From positions 1,718 through 65,717 of the forward strand of contig CAWUKD010000003.1 of NCBI GenBank assembly GCA_963922815.1: a DNA stretch of 64,000 nucleotides, read 5' to 3'. How positions within the stretch are numbered: position 1 is the stretch's first letter; each line of letters begins with the position of its first letter. This stretch comes from an uncultured Gammaproteobacteria bacterium (GTDB lineage Bacteria > Pseudomonadota > Gammaproteobacteria > Steroidobacterales > SZUA-146). The notes beneath the pieces are model-generated. The model saw only the letters and a program-made list of their open reading frames with translations, searched no databases and was not told the DNA's origin. Below are positions 47,564 to 56,620 of the stretch, piece by piece. The position numbers and the translations under genes were made by a program.

Positions 47564-48541
47564 TTATTCACCGGCGGTTTTTTCTGACATGGCCGCCTGC
47601 AGCATTTCGACCAGCTCTGCTTCGCTGTAGCTGTAAGGACCCCACTCATTCAACTGCACGAGCTGCTCTATTTTCGTGCGGATTGTCATGGCCTGCTCGT
47701 CACTATTGGGAACAACCATGTAGCGACGCAGTGGCTTTTCATCAAACAATGCGTGCATGAACGCCGCAGACACTTCATGAGGCAGCTTGAACGACAGCTC
47801 ACGTTCTTCCGTTGCTTTGTATTGTGCTTTCATTTCATCGGTAATTTCCCCGCCGGCCGCCTTGACGCTCTCGAAAGCTCTGAGTACGCTGCTCCGGCGA
47901 ATAAATGACTGGTAGTTACCGGGCTCAATCACGCTCACTGACACGCCATGAGGCGCCATTTCGGCGGCCAGGGCATCCGTATACGCTTCAATCCAGTGCT
48001 TGCTGCCACTGTAGGCACTGCCGCCGGCCCAGGCCAGCGTTCCGGCAATGGAACCGGTTGTCGCAATGCGTCCTCCGGATTCGATAATCAGTGGCGCGAA
48101 CGCTTTGGTCACGCGGTAAACGCCTTCTACATTGACGTCGTAAACAAAGGTCTGACCTTCGATGGGCGTATCAACAACGGGGCCGCCACCGCCAACGCCA
48201 GCGTTATTAACAAGACCGTACAGACCTGTTCCCTTCTCCTGGATCATCGTAACCACCGCGTCGATCTGATCCTGGCGAGTGACATCCAGCCGGACCGCCG
48301 TGATGTTCTCAATGGCGTTCAGGTCAGCCATGTCTTTGTCTTTTCGCGCGCCGGCGTACACGTGATAACCGCTGCGAGCCAGCGTTTCCGCCAGATTTCG
48401 GCCAATCCCGGTACTGGTGCCGGTAACCAGCACATACTTCTTGTCACTGGTCTTGTGGTCGTCCGCGCGGACAGCCTGCGATGCGCCTGACGCCATACTG
48501 AAGGCCAGGACCAGGCAGAGCGTCTGTAATATTCGGTTCAT
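47564..48541 (-). CDS. Short-chain dehydrogenase/reductase with N-terminal signal-peptide-like sequence
   Basis: 325 aa with TGTSTGIG (cofactor), NNAG and S...YSGSK (catalytic). The N-terminal LCLVLAFSMASGASQA resembles a cleavable signal peptide. Confidence 0.82.
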   Translation of the reverse strand: MNRILQTLCLVLAFSMASGASQAVRADDHKTSDKKYVLVTGTSTGIGRNLAETLARSGYHVYAGARKDKDMADLNAIENITAVRLDVTRQDQIDAVVTMIQEKGTGLYGLVNNAGVGGGGPVVDTPIEGQTFVYDVNVEGVYRVTKAFAPLIIESGGRIATTGSIAGTLAWAGGSAYSGSKHWIEAYTDALAAEMAPHGVSVSVIEPGNYQSFIRRSSVLRAFESVKAAGGEITDEMKAQYKATEERELSFKLPHEVSAAFMHALFDEKPLRRYMVVPNSDEQAMTIRTKIEQLVQLNEWGPYSYSEAELVEMLQAAMSEKTAGE

Positions 48542-48594
48542 GTGTAAATTCCTGAGTGTAAATGGCTGAGAGTAAATGGCTGAGTGTAAATAGC
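48539..48594. repeat. Tandem 14-bp repeat, about 4 copies, abutting the SDR start codon
   Basis: The plus strand reads catgtgtaaattcc / tgagtgtaaatggc / tgagagtaaatggc / tgagtgtaaatagc. The promoter-distal three copies differ by 1 nt each. The copy next to the gene contains the ATG, and the junction forms the AGGA Shine-Dalgarno. Confidence 0.85.
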
Positions 48595-48873
48595 TGACGT
48601 GAGACTAGCACAGGTTTTGTAGCGCTCGCGCCAGGTGTCAACAAATGGTTTGCTCAAAAGCTTACATTGAATGACGTGAAGAGCTGAGCAGGCCAGCCTT
48701 GAACGGCTGAAAAATCACTCGGGAGTCTTCGGCCGGCTTCACGTACTTTCGAAAACGCGAGAGCTAATCTGTACAATGGTCTGCAGCCTGCAATGTTCGG
48801 ATGATGATTCAGCTTCCGACACAGAAGCCACAAAAGAATCTGACCCATCCACCGGATTCCAACAGGAAATCGC

Positions 48874-49092
48874 ATGCCAACGCTCGAACTTAACATCTCG
48901 CTGACTGCTCAGCAGGTCAAGACCATCTACGAAGGTCAGACCCGCTTTATTCTGGCGACTTCCAGCGACGGTCTGAAAGTGCAGCTGCCGGCGTTGAATT
49001 TTCGCCCGTTCGTAACCCTGAATGGAATTCATGGCCGCTTTCGTGTTTCGGTCGATGCTAACAACAAGATCCGGAAACTGGAGAAACTGTAG
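48874..49092 (+). CDS. DUF2835 family protein
   Basis: 72 aa. The pattern ...LPALNFRPFVTLNGIHGRFRVSVDANNKIRKLEKL matches my recollection of DUF2835. Confidence 0.6.
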   Translation: MPTLELNISLTAQQVKTIYEGQTRFILATSSDGLKVQLPALNFRPFVTLNGIHGRFRVSVDANNKIRKLEKL

Positions 49093-49220
49093 CCCGACAC
49101 GGGTCCGATCAGCCATGGTTGATACGCCATCCTGGTGGCTTCGGGCGCTCATTCGATACTCAAAAAAATTGCGCTAACGGCGCGCCTCCCGGCTAATTCC
49201 ACAATCCAAAGGGAACAAAG

Positions 49221-49655
49221 TCACGCATCGAAACCTGGCTTACGCCTCTGAGACTTGGTCTGTCCGCGCTGTTTTTTAACGTCGACCCGTTTACGTCTCG
49301 CGTTGCGGCTGGGTTTGGTCGGGATACGTTTTTTCGGCACCTGGGAGGCGAGATGGACCATCTGCTCCAGTCGGCTCAGCGCGTCTTTACGATTCTTCAG
49401 CTGCGACCGGAATGTGTCAGCCTGAATAACCAGCTGGCCGTGTTTGTTAATTTTTCCGCGCTGCTGATCCAGCAACCGTTGTGTCACGTCCGCGTGCAGG
49501 CGCAGGGCACTTACAGTGACCCTTAACTCAACAGCGGTAGAGGTTTTGTTGACATGCTGACCGCCCGGACCGGAAGCCTGCACAAAGCGAAACTCCAGTG
49601 CATCTTCAGGAAATTGTGATGCCACACTCACCTCGCTGGTACAGCAAACCGCCAC
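49221..49655 (-). CDS. arfB: Alternative ribosome-rescue factor ArfB (peptidyl-tRNA hydrolase, YaeJ-like)
   Basis: About 140 aa with the GGQ motif (ASGPGGQHVNKTSTAVEL) and a basic C-terminal tail (KKRIPTKPSRNARRKRVDVKKQRGQTKSQRRK). The start is GTG. A small GCGC hairpin plus a T7 run lies downstream at 49162-49183. Confidence 0.88.
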   Translation of the reverse strand: MAVCCTSEVSVASQFPEDALEFRFVQASGPGGQHVNKTSTAVELRVTVSALRLHADVTQRLLDQQRGKINKHGQLVIQADTFRSQLKNRKDALSRLEQMVHLASQVPKKRIPTKPSRNARRKRVDVKKQRGQTKSQRRKPGFDA

Positions 49656-49765
49656 CCCGTACAGGCGGTCCGCACCGAATCAGACGCTCTGAATGAAGAG
49701 CGCTCTCTTAATGCACGTCTGCTGCTGTCCACAACATACACTGACATAAGCGTAAACACGGAGCA

Positions 49766-50341
49766 TCAGGTGTCGATAATACCGACAGAACCCAGACTGA
49801 TGAAGCTGCCTAACAGAATGAGCCAGGCAATCGGTAACGCCACGTGCACGCGCCGACTGGAACTGGCGATCCCAACAATCGCCAAAAAGAGCATACTGGC
49901 TACAAAAATATAATAGCGCGGCGGCATATTGCGAAGCCCGGCCAACTCTTTACCCAGGGTCTCGGGAATATCAAGCAGCCATGCGATTATCATAAGACTA
50001 AAAAACCATACCCGGTTTCCGAAGAAATACGCTTCCATGTCAATGTCTTTGTCCATATCGTAGGGGTATAACATCGCGGACATCAAAAACAGCACAAGCG
50101 CGTAGCTGGTAATACCCAAATAGTACAGCGCAGACCATTGCTCCAGACCGCTCCACCAGAACATGCTCCACCAGATCATGAGCATCTGCAGCAGAATATT
50201 GAACGTCCAGAGCGCATGGGGCAGACACAGCCGGGTCGTCTCGCGATTTTGAATCAGCTTGCTCGCGCCAACGGCGAGGTGCGTGATTCCAAGCCCCATG
50301 ATTACTGAAATCAGCACACCAATGTATTCAAATACGCCCAT
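49766..50341 (-). CDS. Hypothetical polytopic membrane protein
   Basis: 191 aa with about 6 hydrophobic helices, rich in Trp/Met. No family recognised. Confidence 0.5.
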   Translation of the reverse strand: MGVFEYIGVLISVIMGLGITHLAVGASKLIQNRETTRLCLPHALWTFNILLQMLMIWWSMFWWSGLEQWSALYYLGITSYALVLFLMSAMLYPYDMDKDIDMEAYFFGNRVWFFSLMIIAWLLDIPETLGKELAGLRNMPPRYYIFVASMLFLAIVGIASSSRRVHVALPIAWLILLGSFISLGSVGIIDT

Positions 50342-50479
50342 TTACCCAGCATAGGGAAATTTGCCGTTCGGGTCGAGCGAATTGGTTTAATGTCCACACC
50401 CCTGTGACGTTTCAGAGCGGTTTATACCCTGCGCCGTTCCTAGTACCATCGAGTTACTTCTTAAGATCATGGTGTCGAC

Positions 50480-51568
50480 ATGCCCTATTCAAGCGCCCAA
50501 CTCATTCGTGTTCTACCTTGGGTGTTTTCATGCCTGGCTATGTGCTTAATCGCCGGCTGCAGCAGCGTTTCCGAAACCAGCGTCAGTAAGGAACCGGTCA
50601 CCAGTTCCACAACCGGTACCGGCACACCAGAGAACACCAGCCAGAAGCAACAACAACCGCAAATACCAGCTGGCAAAGAACAAACCGCAAACACCCGACT
50701 ATTGAAAAACCCCCAGCTGTCCGGCAAAGCCGGACCGCTGGCTCAGGTGAGGCCTCCCAGGGGCTATGCGATCTCAACGTCATATCCGCGCCCCGTGCGG
50801 GAACACGCCCTGCCGCCACATTCACCGGTGCCGGGCGGTATTGCCCTTCTCAAGGTCGGCTCCATTGATTCACCGGCACCGGAAGTTACCTTTGAGAAAT
50901 CCCCCGTCTACGTCACCCGACGCGGTAGCGACTGGGTCGCTGCGGTAGGCGTTCCGCTAAAAGCCGAAACCGGTGAACACACGGTAACGATCGTACGCGA
51001 CGGACAAACGACAGAGCGATTGCAGTTTACCGTTATCGAGACGGAGTACGAAACGCAATCGCTCACGATTGCCAACAAACGCAAGGTCAACCCCAATCCC
51101 GATGACCAGGCGCGCATTGAACGGGACTGGGTTCAGATTCAAAAAGCAAAGACTACGTTCAGTGAGCATGCGCAGCCTGATCTGGTGTTGGGATGGCCGC
51201 TCAAAGGGCGCATTAGCAGCCAGTTTGGGCTGCGCCGAATTTACAATGGACAACCTCGGAGCCCTCATAGCGGACTGGATATCGCCGCACCGACCGGCAC
51301 ACCGATTGTGGCACCGGCAGACGGCAAGGTCATCGAAACCGGTGACTTCTTTTTCAATGGCCAGACCGCGTTTGTTGATCACGGACACGGGCTGATTACG
51401 ATGTACTGCCACATGAGCAAGACAAACGTCGCCGTCGGAGACACGCTGAGCAAAGGCGACACCATTGGTCTTGTTGGTGCTACCGGCAGAGTTACCGGCC
51501 CGCACTTGCATCTGGGCGTGTTGCTCAACGGACAGATGGTTAACCCGACGCTATTACTGAGTGACTAG
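50480..51568 (+). CDS. M23 family metallopeptidase (lipoprotein)
   Basis: It has the lipobox LIAGC and the LytM-type motifs HSGLDIA and HGHGLITMYCHM...TGPHLH. Confidence 0.88.
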   Translation: MPYSSAQLIRVLPWVFSCLAMCLIAGCSSVSETSVSKEPVTSSTTGTGTPENTSQKQQQPQIPAGKEQTANTRLLKNPQLSGKAGPLAQVRPPRGYAISTSYPRPVREHALPPHSPVPGGIALLKVGSIDSPAPEVTFEKSPVYVTRRGSDWVAAVGVPLKAETGEHTVTIVRDGQTTERLQFTVIETEYETQSLTIANKRKVNPNPDDQARIERDWVQIQKAKTTFSEHAQPDLVLGWPLKGRISSQFGLRRIYNGQPRSPHSGLDIAAPTGTPIVAPADGKVIETGDFFFNGQTAFVDHGHGLITMYCHMSKTNVAVGDTLSKGDTIGLVGATGRVTGPHLHLGVLLNGQMVNPTLLLSD

Positions 51569-51695
51569 CAGCCTTGCGACCACCCCGGGAATACGGAGCG
51601 GTTAAACCTCTGTCCGCAGAATGACTGGCCACTCGTCGTCGCGATGACCGGCTGTTTGTACGCTGGCAATAGAAGGGGTTTTCCGGTGAATCCCG

Positions 51696-52031
51696 TCAGT
51701 AATCGCAGCGAAACTTTCGCGGGATCACGCTGTGCAAATCGGTCACAGGCTTGTGTTTTACGGTAAACAGCTCGCCACCGTCTGCCAGGTAGGCTGACAG
51801 CTCTTCAACCACAAATTTACGGGCTGCCTGTATCGATTCCGGAGCGGATGCACGCTCCAGATCGGCTTTGCGATGAAACAATCCGCTAATGTTTGCCGCA
51901 CACAGCCACTGGGAATCAACACACTCAAAGGGCTTGCGTATAACCGCCGAGACCGGGACGTCCTGTCCATCCACTTTCGCCAGAAGCCTGACTTCGTGCA
52001 AAGCATGAGCAAGAGGGTCTGTCATGGACAT
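51696..52031 (-). CDS. Hypothetical protein, translationally coupled to the MetX-like gene
   Basis: 111 aa. Its ATG overlaps the upstream TGA (TGATG at 52029-52033). No family recognised. Confidence 0.5.
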   Translation of the reverse strand: MSMTDPLAHALHEVRLLAKVDGQDVPVSAVIRKPFECVDSQWLCAANISGLFHRKADLERASAPESIQAARKFVVEELSAYLADGGELFTVKHKPVTDLHSVIPRKFRCDY

Positions 52032-53143
52032 CAGCTGTACTCCGGATCGAGCGCATGCAAATAGTCAGCGATAACAGGACGAAACCGATCCATGTCGACC
52101 AAAAACGAATCGTGGCCCTGAATGGAATCCAGGATGGAATAGGTGACGTCAATATTCTGTTCGCGCATGCGATCAGCCAGTTCCTGCTGCTGATGCGGTG
52201 GAAACAGCGCATCCGTCTCTACTCCAATGATCAACGTACTTTCGAGCTTCAGCAATTCGAAGCTGCACGCCAGACTGCCCCCGTGGTCGGCCGCGTCGTA
52301 GACGTCCATCGCCCGAGACAAATACAAATAGCAGTTGGGATCAAAGCTGCCAACAAACTTCGCCGCGTGCGCACTGAGGTAGGACTCCACTTCGAACTCG
52401 GCGCTGAACGCATAGTCGTTAGGCCTGGTCTGCGTAATGCGTTCACGCCCGAATCGCTTCTCCCATTCGGCCGCCGACCGATAGGTGATCATGCCGAGCT
52501 TGCGCGCCAGCGTCATGCCCGTCGCGGGCAAATCATCGTCGGAGTATTCACCCTGCTTCCACTTTGCATCGGCGCAGATCATTTCACGCTGCAGGGAACG
52601 AAGTGAAATGGCGTACGGAAGTGCCCGGCAGGAAGAAGAAATGGTGATCAGGTGACGCACATGATTTGGATACATCATGCAAAACGCGAGTGCGGTCATA
52701 CCACCCATGGAAGGTCCAACGGCGCAATGTAACGTCGCCACACCGAGATGCTCAATCAACAGCGCGCCGCAGTGCCCAATGTCGTCCAGTGACAGCACCG
52801 GAAAATCCAGTCCGTAGCGCTTGCCTGTTGCAGGATTAATGCTGGCAGGTCCCGTGGTTCCGAAACAGCTGCCCAGCGAATTAAAACATACGACAAAATA
52901 TCGATCGGTATCGATCGGCTTGCCGGGCCCCACCATATCTTCCCACCAGCCCGGGCTCTGGTCGAGCGTCGATGAGCTGGCGTGAGCCGAGGGGGACAGC
53001 CCCGTAAAAATCAGAACCGCGTTGTCCCGTTTGGCGGACAATTCGCCCCACGTTTCATAAACGATCTCGAGACCTTCAATTACGCCGCCGTGACGCATCC
53101 TGAAGGGCTGTTCATAGGTGTAAACTTGATGAGCTAAAGACAT
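52031..53143 (-). CDS. MetX-like alpha/beta hydrolase (homoserine O-acetyltransferase family, atypical)
   Basis: 370 aa with the nucleophile elbow GPSMGG and overall MetX-like layout. However, the N-terminal region reads FTGLSPSAHA where canonical MetX has a HALTG..H-type segment. No metW follows. Confidence 0.7.
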   Translation of the reverse strand: MSLAHQVYTYEQPFRMRHGGVIEGLEIVYETWGELSAKRDNAVLIFTGLSPSAHASSSTLDQSPGWWEDMVGPGKPIDTDRYFVVCFNSLGSCFGTTGPASINPATGKRYGLDFPVLSLDDIGHCGALLIEHLGVATLHCAVGPSMGGMTALAFCMMYPNHVRHLITISSSCRALPYAISLRSLQREMICADAKWKQGEYSDDDLPATGMTLARKLGMITYRSAAEWEKRFGRERITQTRPNDYAFSAEFEVESYLSAHAAKFVGSFDPNCYLYLSRAMDVYDAADHGGSLACSFELLKLESTLIIGVETDALFPPHQQQELADRMREQNIDVTYSILDSIQGHDSFLVDMDRFRPVIADYLHALDPEYS

Positions 53144-53237
53144 GATTCGAACGTCGACGCAAAAGAAACAGTGTAATGGATGCCCGGCCGTTCCCCAAGA
53201 CCGTTGGCCATCCTGGAATCACTCCGACCCGGCTTCC

Positions 53238-54119
53238 CTAGCCCGGGCAATTCTCTCGTCGCGTTTGTTCGGCCTCGCTCATCCACTCGTTAAACTGCTC
53301 GATACGGGTCTCGGGCGACGGGTGTGTCGACATGAATTCATTCGGCGTGCCCCCGCTTCGGTTTTCACCCATACGCTGCCACAGTGCCGGCGCTTCGGTC
53401 GGGTCATAGCAGGCCCGCGCCAGCAGCCTCAGGCCGATGTAGTCCGCCTCGGATTCATGTTTGCGCGAAAAAGGCAGCAGCACACCGTATTGACTGCCCA
53501 CACCGAGCGCCCCCTGAACCGCTCGTTGCGCCGAATAACCCATGTCTCCCACGACCACGGCGGCCACCATGCTGCCAAGTCGAACCAGCTTCTGGTAGGC
53601 CATGCGCTCTGCGCCATGTCGCGCAATGGCGTGAGCAATCTCATGCCCCATAATCGCGCTGAGTCCATCGGAGTTTTCCGCCACCGGAAGCAGTCCGGTA
53701 TACACGGCCACTTTGCCCCCGGGCAGCGCGAATGCGTTGGCCTGGTCGGAGCGAATCACATTAAATTCCCATTCGAAACCGGGATCAAGACCTTCTGCCC
53801 GCGCCGCTTCAACCAGCTTCCAGCCGATGGCCCTGACCTGCCTGACCACGTCGCTGTCCGACATGACGTTGCTGCGGCTCAGAATATCCTGGTAGGACTG
53901 CAGGCCCAGCGCCATTTCCTCATCACGCGACATATCCACGAGCTGGGAACGTCCGGTTACCGGGACGGTTTCCTGATTGGCCACCCAGTAGTAGGCAAGA
54001 TAGAGTGCAAACAGAACTATCGGAATCATCCGTACGCTGATGCCCTTTCCCGGACCAACGCGCAAGCTGCCCAGTCCGCTCCCGCGGCGTCTTCCAAACG
54101 GTGACCTGCGATACGCCAT
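53238..54119 (-). CDS. M48 family metallopeptidase
   Basis: 293 aa with an N-terminal TM helix and HEIAHAIARH (HExxH), plus the downstream E of the M48 pattern. Confidence 0.85.
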   Translation of the reverse strand: MAYRRSPFGRRRGSGLGSLRVGPGKGISVRMIPIVLFALYLAYYWVANQETVPVTGRSQLVDMSRDEEMALGLQSYQDILSRSNVMSDSDVVRQVRAIGWKLVEAARAEGLDPGFEWEFNVIRSDQANAFALPGGKVAVYTGLLPVAENSDGLSAIMGHEIAHAIARHGAERMAYQKLVRLGSMVAAVVVGDMGYSAQRAVQGALGVGSQYGVLLPFSRKHESEADYIGLRLLARACYDPTEAPALWQRMGENRSGGTPNEFMSTHPSPETRIEQFNEWMSEAEQTRRENCPG

Positions 54120-54131
54120 TCAATCCCCCAG

Positions 54132-54170
54132 ATAAGAAACCGGGCCAGCAAACTGTTGTTTGTGGCCCGG
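54132..54170 (-). terminator. Rho-independent terminator after the DUF937 gene
   Basis: CCGGGCCA-g-CAAAC-tgtt-GTTTG-TGGCCCGG gives a 13-bp stem with one bulge. On the minus strand it is followed by TTTCTTAT. Confidence 0.7.
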
Positions 54171-54213
54171 AGATAATACGTTTATCAACGCGTTAACGCT
54201 GTATGACGTACGG

Positions 54214-54813
54214 CTATTTCAAAAACTTGCCTGCCATACCCATCAGGTCATCGAGCATCGAACCGTCGTTGTCAGCGTCAAGTAGTCCGCCAAGAATACC
54301 GTCAATGCCGCTGGACTGGCGCTGTTGCGCGACGCCACCCGACAAAAGGCCACCGAGCAAACCACCGAGACCCGAATCTTTAGTCTGAGCCTGTTTACCG
54401 ATGCCACCCATGGTCATGGTCGCGACCATTGGCAACAGCTTCTTCAGAATTGACACGTCAATGCCGGTTTTCTGCGCAGCGTCGGCGGCAACCTGACGGC
54501 TAACATCCTTGGAACCCAGAATATGACCGAGGATGCTATTACCTTCCTTGATCGTAGCTTCCGGCGCCTGACCACCCTGTCCGAACAGCGATGGATCGTC
54601 AAGATAACGTGAGTGATTGCCCTGCTTGATGGCACCCAGCAGGCCTTCCAGCCCGTTGTCGGATTGAGCGTTCTTTTTCATGTGCTGAGTTAACGCTGGA
54701 AGCAAACTCCCAATGGCTTTCGTTGCCTGCGTGGAGTCAAGGCCAAAGTTGCCGCCAACTTGCTGGAGGATCTTTCCGCCTTGCGCTTCGATAATAGATT
54801 TCAACAGACTCAT
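54214..54813 (-). CDS. DUF937 domain protein (Gly-rich)
   Basis: About 199 aa. The MSLLKSIIEAQGG... N-terminus and the Gly-rich GLGGLLGGLL repeats match my recollection of DUF937. I chose the ATG at 54813. Confidence 0.55.
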   Translation of the reverse strand: MSLLKSIIEAQGGKILQQVGGNFGLDSTQATKAIGSLLPALTQHMKKNAQSDNGLEGLLGAIKQGNHSRYLDDPSLFGQGGQAPEATIKEGNSILGHILGSKDVSRQVAADAAQKTGIDVSILKKLLPMVATMTMGGIGKQAQTKDSGLGGLLGGLLSGGVAQQRQSSGIDGILGGLLDADNDGSMLDDLMGMAGKFLK

Positions 54814-55091
54814 TAATGGAGTTCCTTTCAATTCGTGTTCGGCCGATCATTATCTCAGAACGCGGATTAATGTCCTGTTGCAGTGCACAATACCCGTAAA
54901 GACATTGATCCAGCAAACACCACACTGATGCGCAAAAGCAAGCTATTTCAAGCGTTTACAGGCTTCTAGACAATTAAGGAGCGAAATACCATCGTTTTTG
55001 CGCAATGAAAGTTTGCAACTTTCCCTTAGACACCACTGACACGGCACCTCACATTGCCGGGGAAATGTCTGTCTCCGCAATGACGCAGAAT

Positions 55092-56447
55092 TTATTTGTC
55101 GCTGTCGCTCTGTGGCGTCAGGAATTGTTTCACCAGAATACGCATGAATCGTTCGTCGCCCCAGTAGTTGCTGTGACTCAATGGCGGACGCCACCAGGGT
55201 TTGATCAGAATATCCTGGATGCCGCTTGTCCCATCGTCGACCCGGCTCTGTGTAAACCATCTTCGACGACTCAAGCTCTTACCGACATAGTCGGCAACGC
55301 GGTAAATATTGATCCACCGGCCAAAACGGAACGCATCCTGGCTTTTCAACTGAGCGTAGAGATCCTCCGGATGCGGAATTCGCTGAGGCAGAAGCCGGTG
55401 AAGCGTGCGCTTGAGCGGCGAACCACAGGTAATGTATTCAAACATTACATGCCGTTGACCTTTGCGCTCCATGCGCTCCATCAATACTTCGGCCGTTATC
55501 GCCGTTCCCAGGCTGTGCGCCACGATCACAATGCGGTCTGAGCCCTGTTCGATGAGCTTGTCTATCCTGCTATGCAACTCGGCCTTGATGTCCAGCGTGT
55601 CCTGGTGTTCGCGCCCCTGATCATCAACCGCCAGGTAATGAATAACGTCCCGAAACAAATCCGCAGCAAACGCCAGCGCCTGAACCAGCACGTAGAATGG
55701 CAGAAACCCCAGTGGAAGCAGCAACAGCGAGCCGAATGACACCAGGTCGTGATCGACACCTATTACCTCGTCAATAAACACGAACACAATGGCGAAAGCG
55801 ATAACCAGAAAAATCCAGATATAGGACAGAAGCAAATTGCCAAGCGCGACGCCAAGCCATTGCGCCGCCCACCCTGTCATTTTGCCGTTTTTGATAAACA
55901 GCAAAAGTGCTATGGCCGCCGAAGGCACAAGCGTGCCAAACAGCAGCACCGCAAATACGGAATCCAGCGAGTCGATATCAAACCCGTCGATTTCCAGGTA
56001 CTCGTAAAAATCGGCCGCCAGTATCCACACGCTCATTAACATGATGACGAACAAACACAGCACCTGAAAACCGCCGAGCGTTTTTGCAAAGACGTGGCGT
56101 GCAGGCGATTTCGAACCCCAGGCGCCAAGCCCTGGCAAAAACCACAGTATGGAAACCAGGTATCTGAACGACGTGAGAAAATGGGTGCGACGAATTTTTC
56201 CTGCCAGACCTGACCAGTGAAACTCGGTCAGGTCGAGCTGAATTTGCTTCCACCGCAGTGATTGATACAGCAGTTTCGTTCGATCAGAGTCGCTGCTGAT
56301 GTCCTCGAGCCTGGTCTGCGTCGCGTCTGACAGCTGCCTGTGAATTTCCTTCACGGCCGGCTCGAGAACGCTGCCAGGCGCCGTATCTCCGATACCGTGC
56401 ACGAGCAGAACGCTCGCCCGTGTGTATGTGTGTGCTTTCTCTTCCAT
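55092..56447 (-). CDS. Membrane-embedded alpha/beta (serine) hydrolase-like protein with polytopic insertion
   Basis: LLVHGIG (oxyanion-type HG) lies near the N-terminus, and about 6 hydrophobic helices span roughly residues 95-270. Then come VAHSLGT (a GxSxG-like nucleophile elbow) and a C-terminal SHSNYW. I chose the ATG at 56447; the track used the GTG at 56471. Confidence 0.6.
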   Translation of the reverse strand: MEEKAHTYTRASVLLVHGIGDTAPGSVLEPAVKEIHRQLSDATQTRLEDISSDSDRTKLLYQSLRWKQIQLDLTEFHWSGLAGKIRRTHFLTSFRYLVSILWFLPGLGAWGSKSPARHVFAKTLGGFQVLCLFVIMLMSVWILAADFYEYLEIDGFDIDSLDSVFAVLLFGTLVPSAAIALLLFIKNGKMTGWAAQWLGVALGNLLLSYIWIFLVIAFAIVFVFIDEVIGVDHDLVSFGSLLLLPLGFLPFYVLVQALAFAADLFRDVIHYLAVDDQGREHQDTLDIKAELHSRIDKLIEQGSDRIVIVAHSLGTAITAEVLMERMERKGQRHVMFEYITCGSPLKRTLHRLLPQRIPHPEDLYAQLKSQDAFRFGRWINIYRVADYVGKSLSRRRWFTQSRVDDGTSGIQDILIKPWWRPPLSHSNYWGDERFMRILVKQFLTPQSDSDK

Positions 56448-56620
56448 AACGCCCTGTATTCCAAGCGGCACGGTGGTGCCTGAGAGAGGAACGGATCCGG
56501 ATGTCTGATCTATCCGCCTGTTCTATGGTCAAATGCCTGGTGGTGTGCGAGCAAGAATCCGGTTCTAAACAAACCTCCACACAAACCTGTCGGTTGAATC
56601 GCAACAGGCAGGTGGCTTCA

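Noticed and set aside
47535-47583. Hairpin CGCCGGTG...CACCGGCG + T6 as terminator of the GDSL gene
   Set aside because: The loop is about 26 nt, and the right arm and T-run lie inside the 3' end of the convergent SDR coding sequence. It may work as a terminator, but the evidence is too weak to annotate.
53142-54104. 320-aa plus-strand ORF
   Set aside because: It is antisense to the M48 peptidase gene, which carries HEIAHAIARH on the minus strand.
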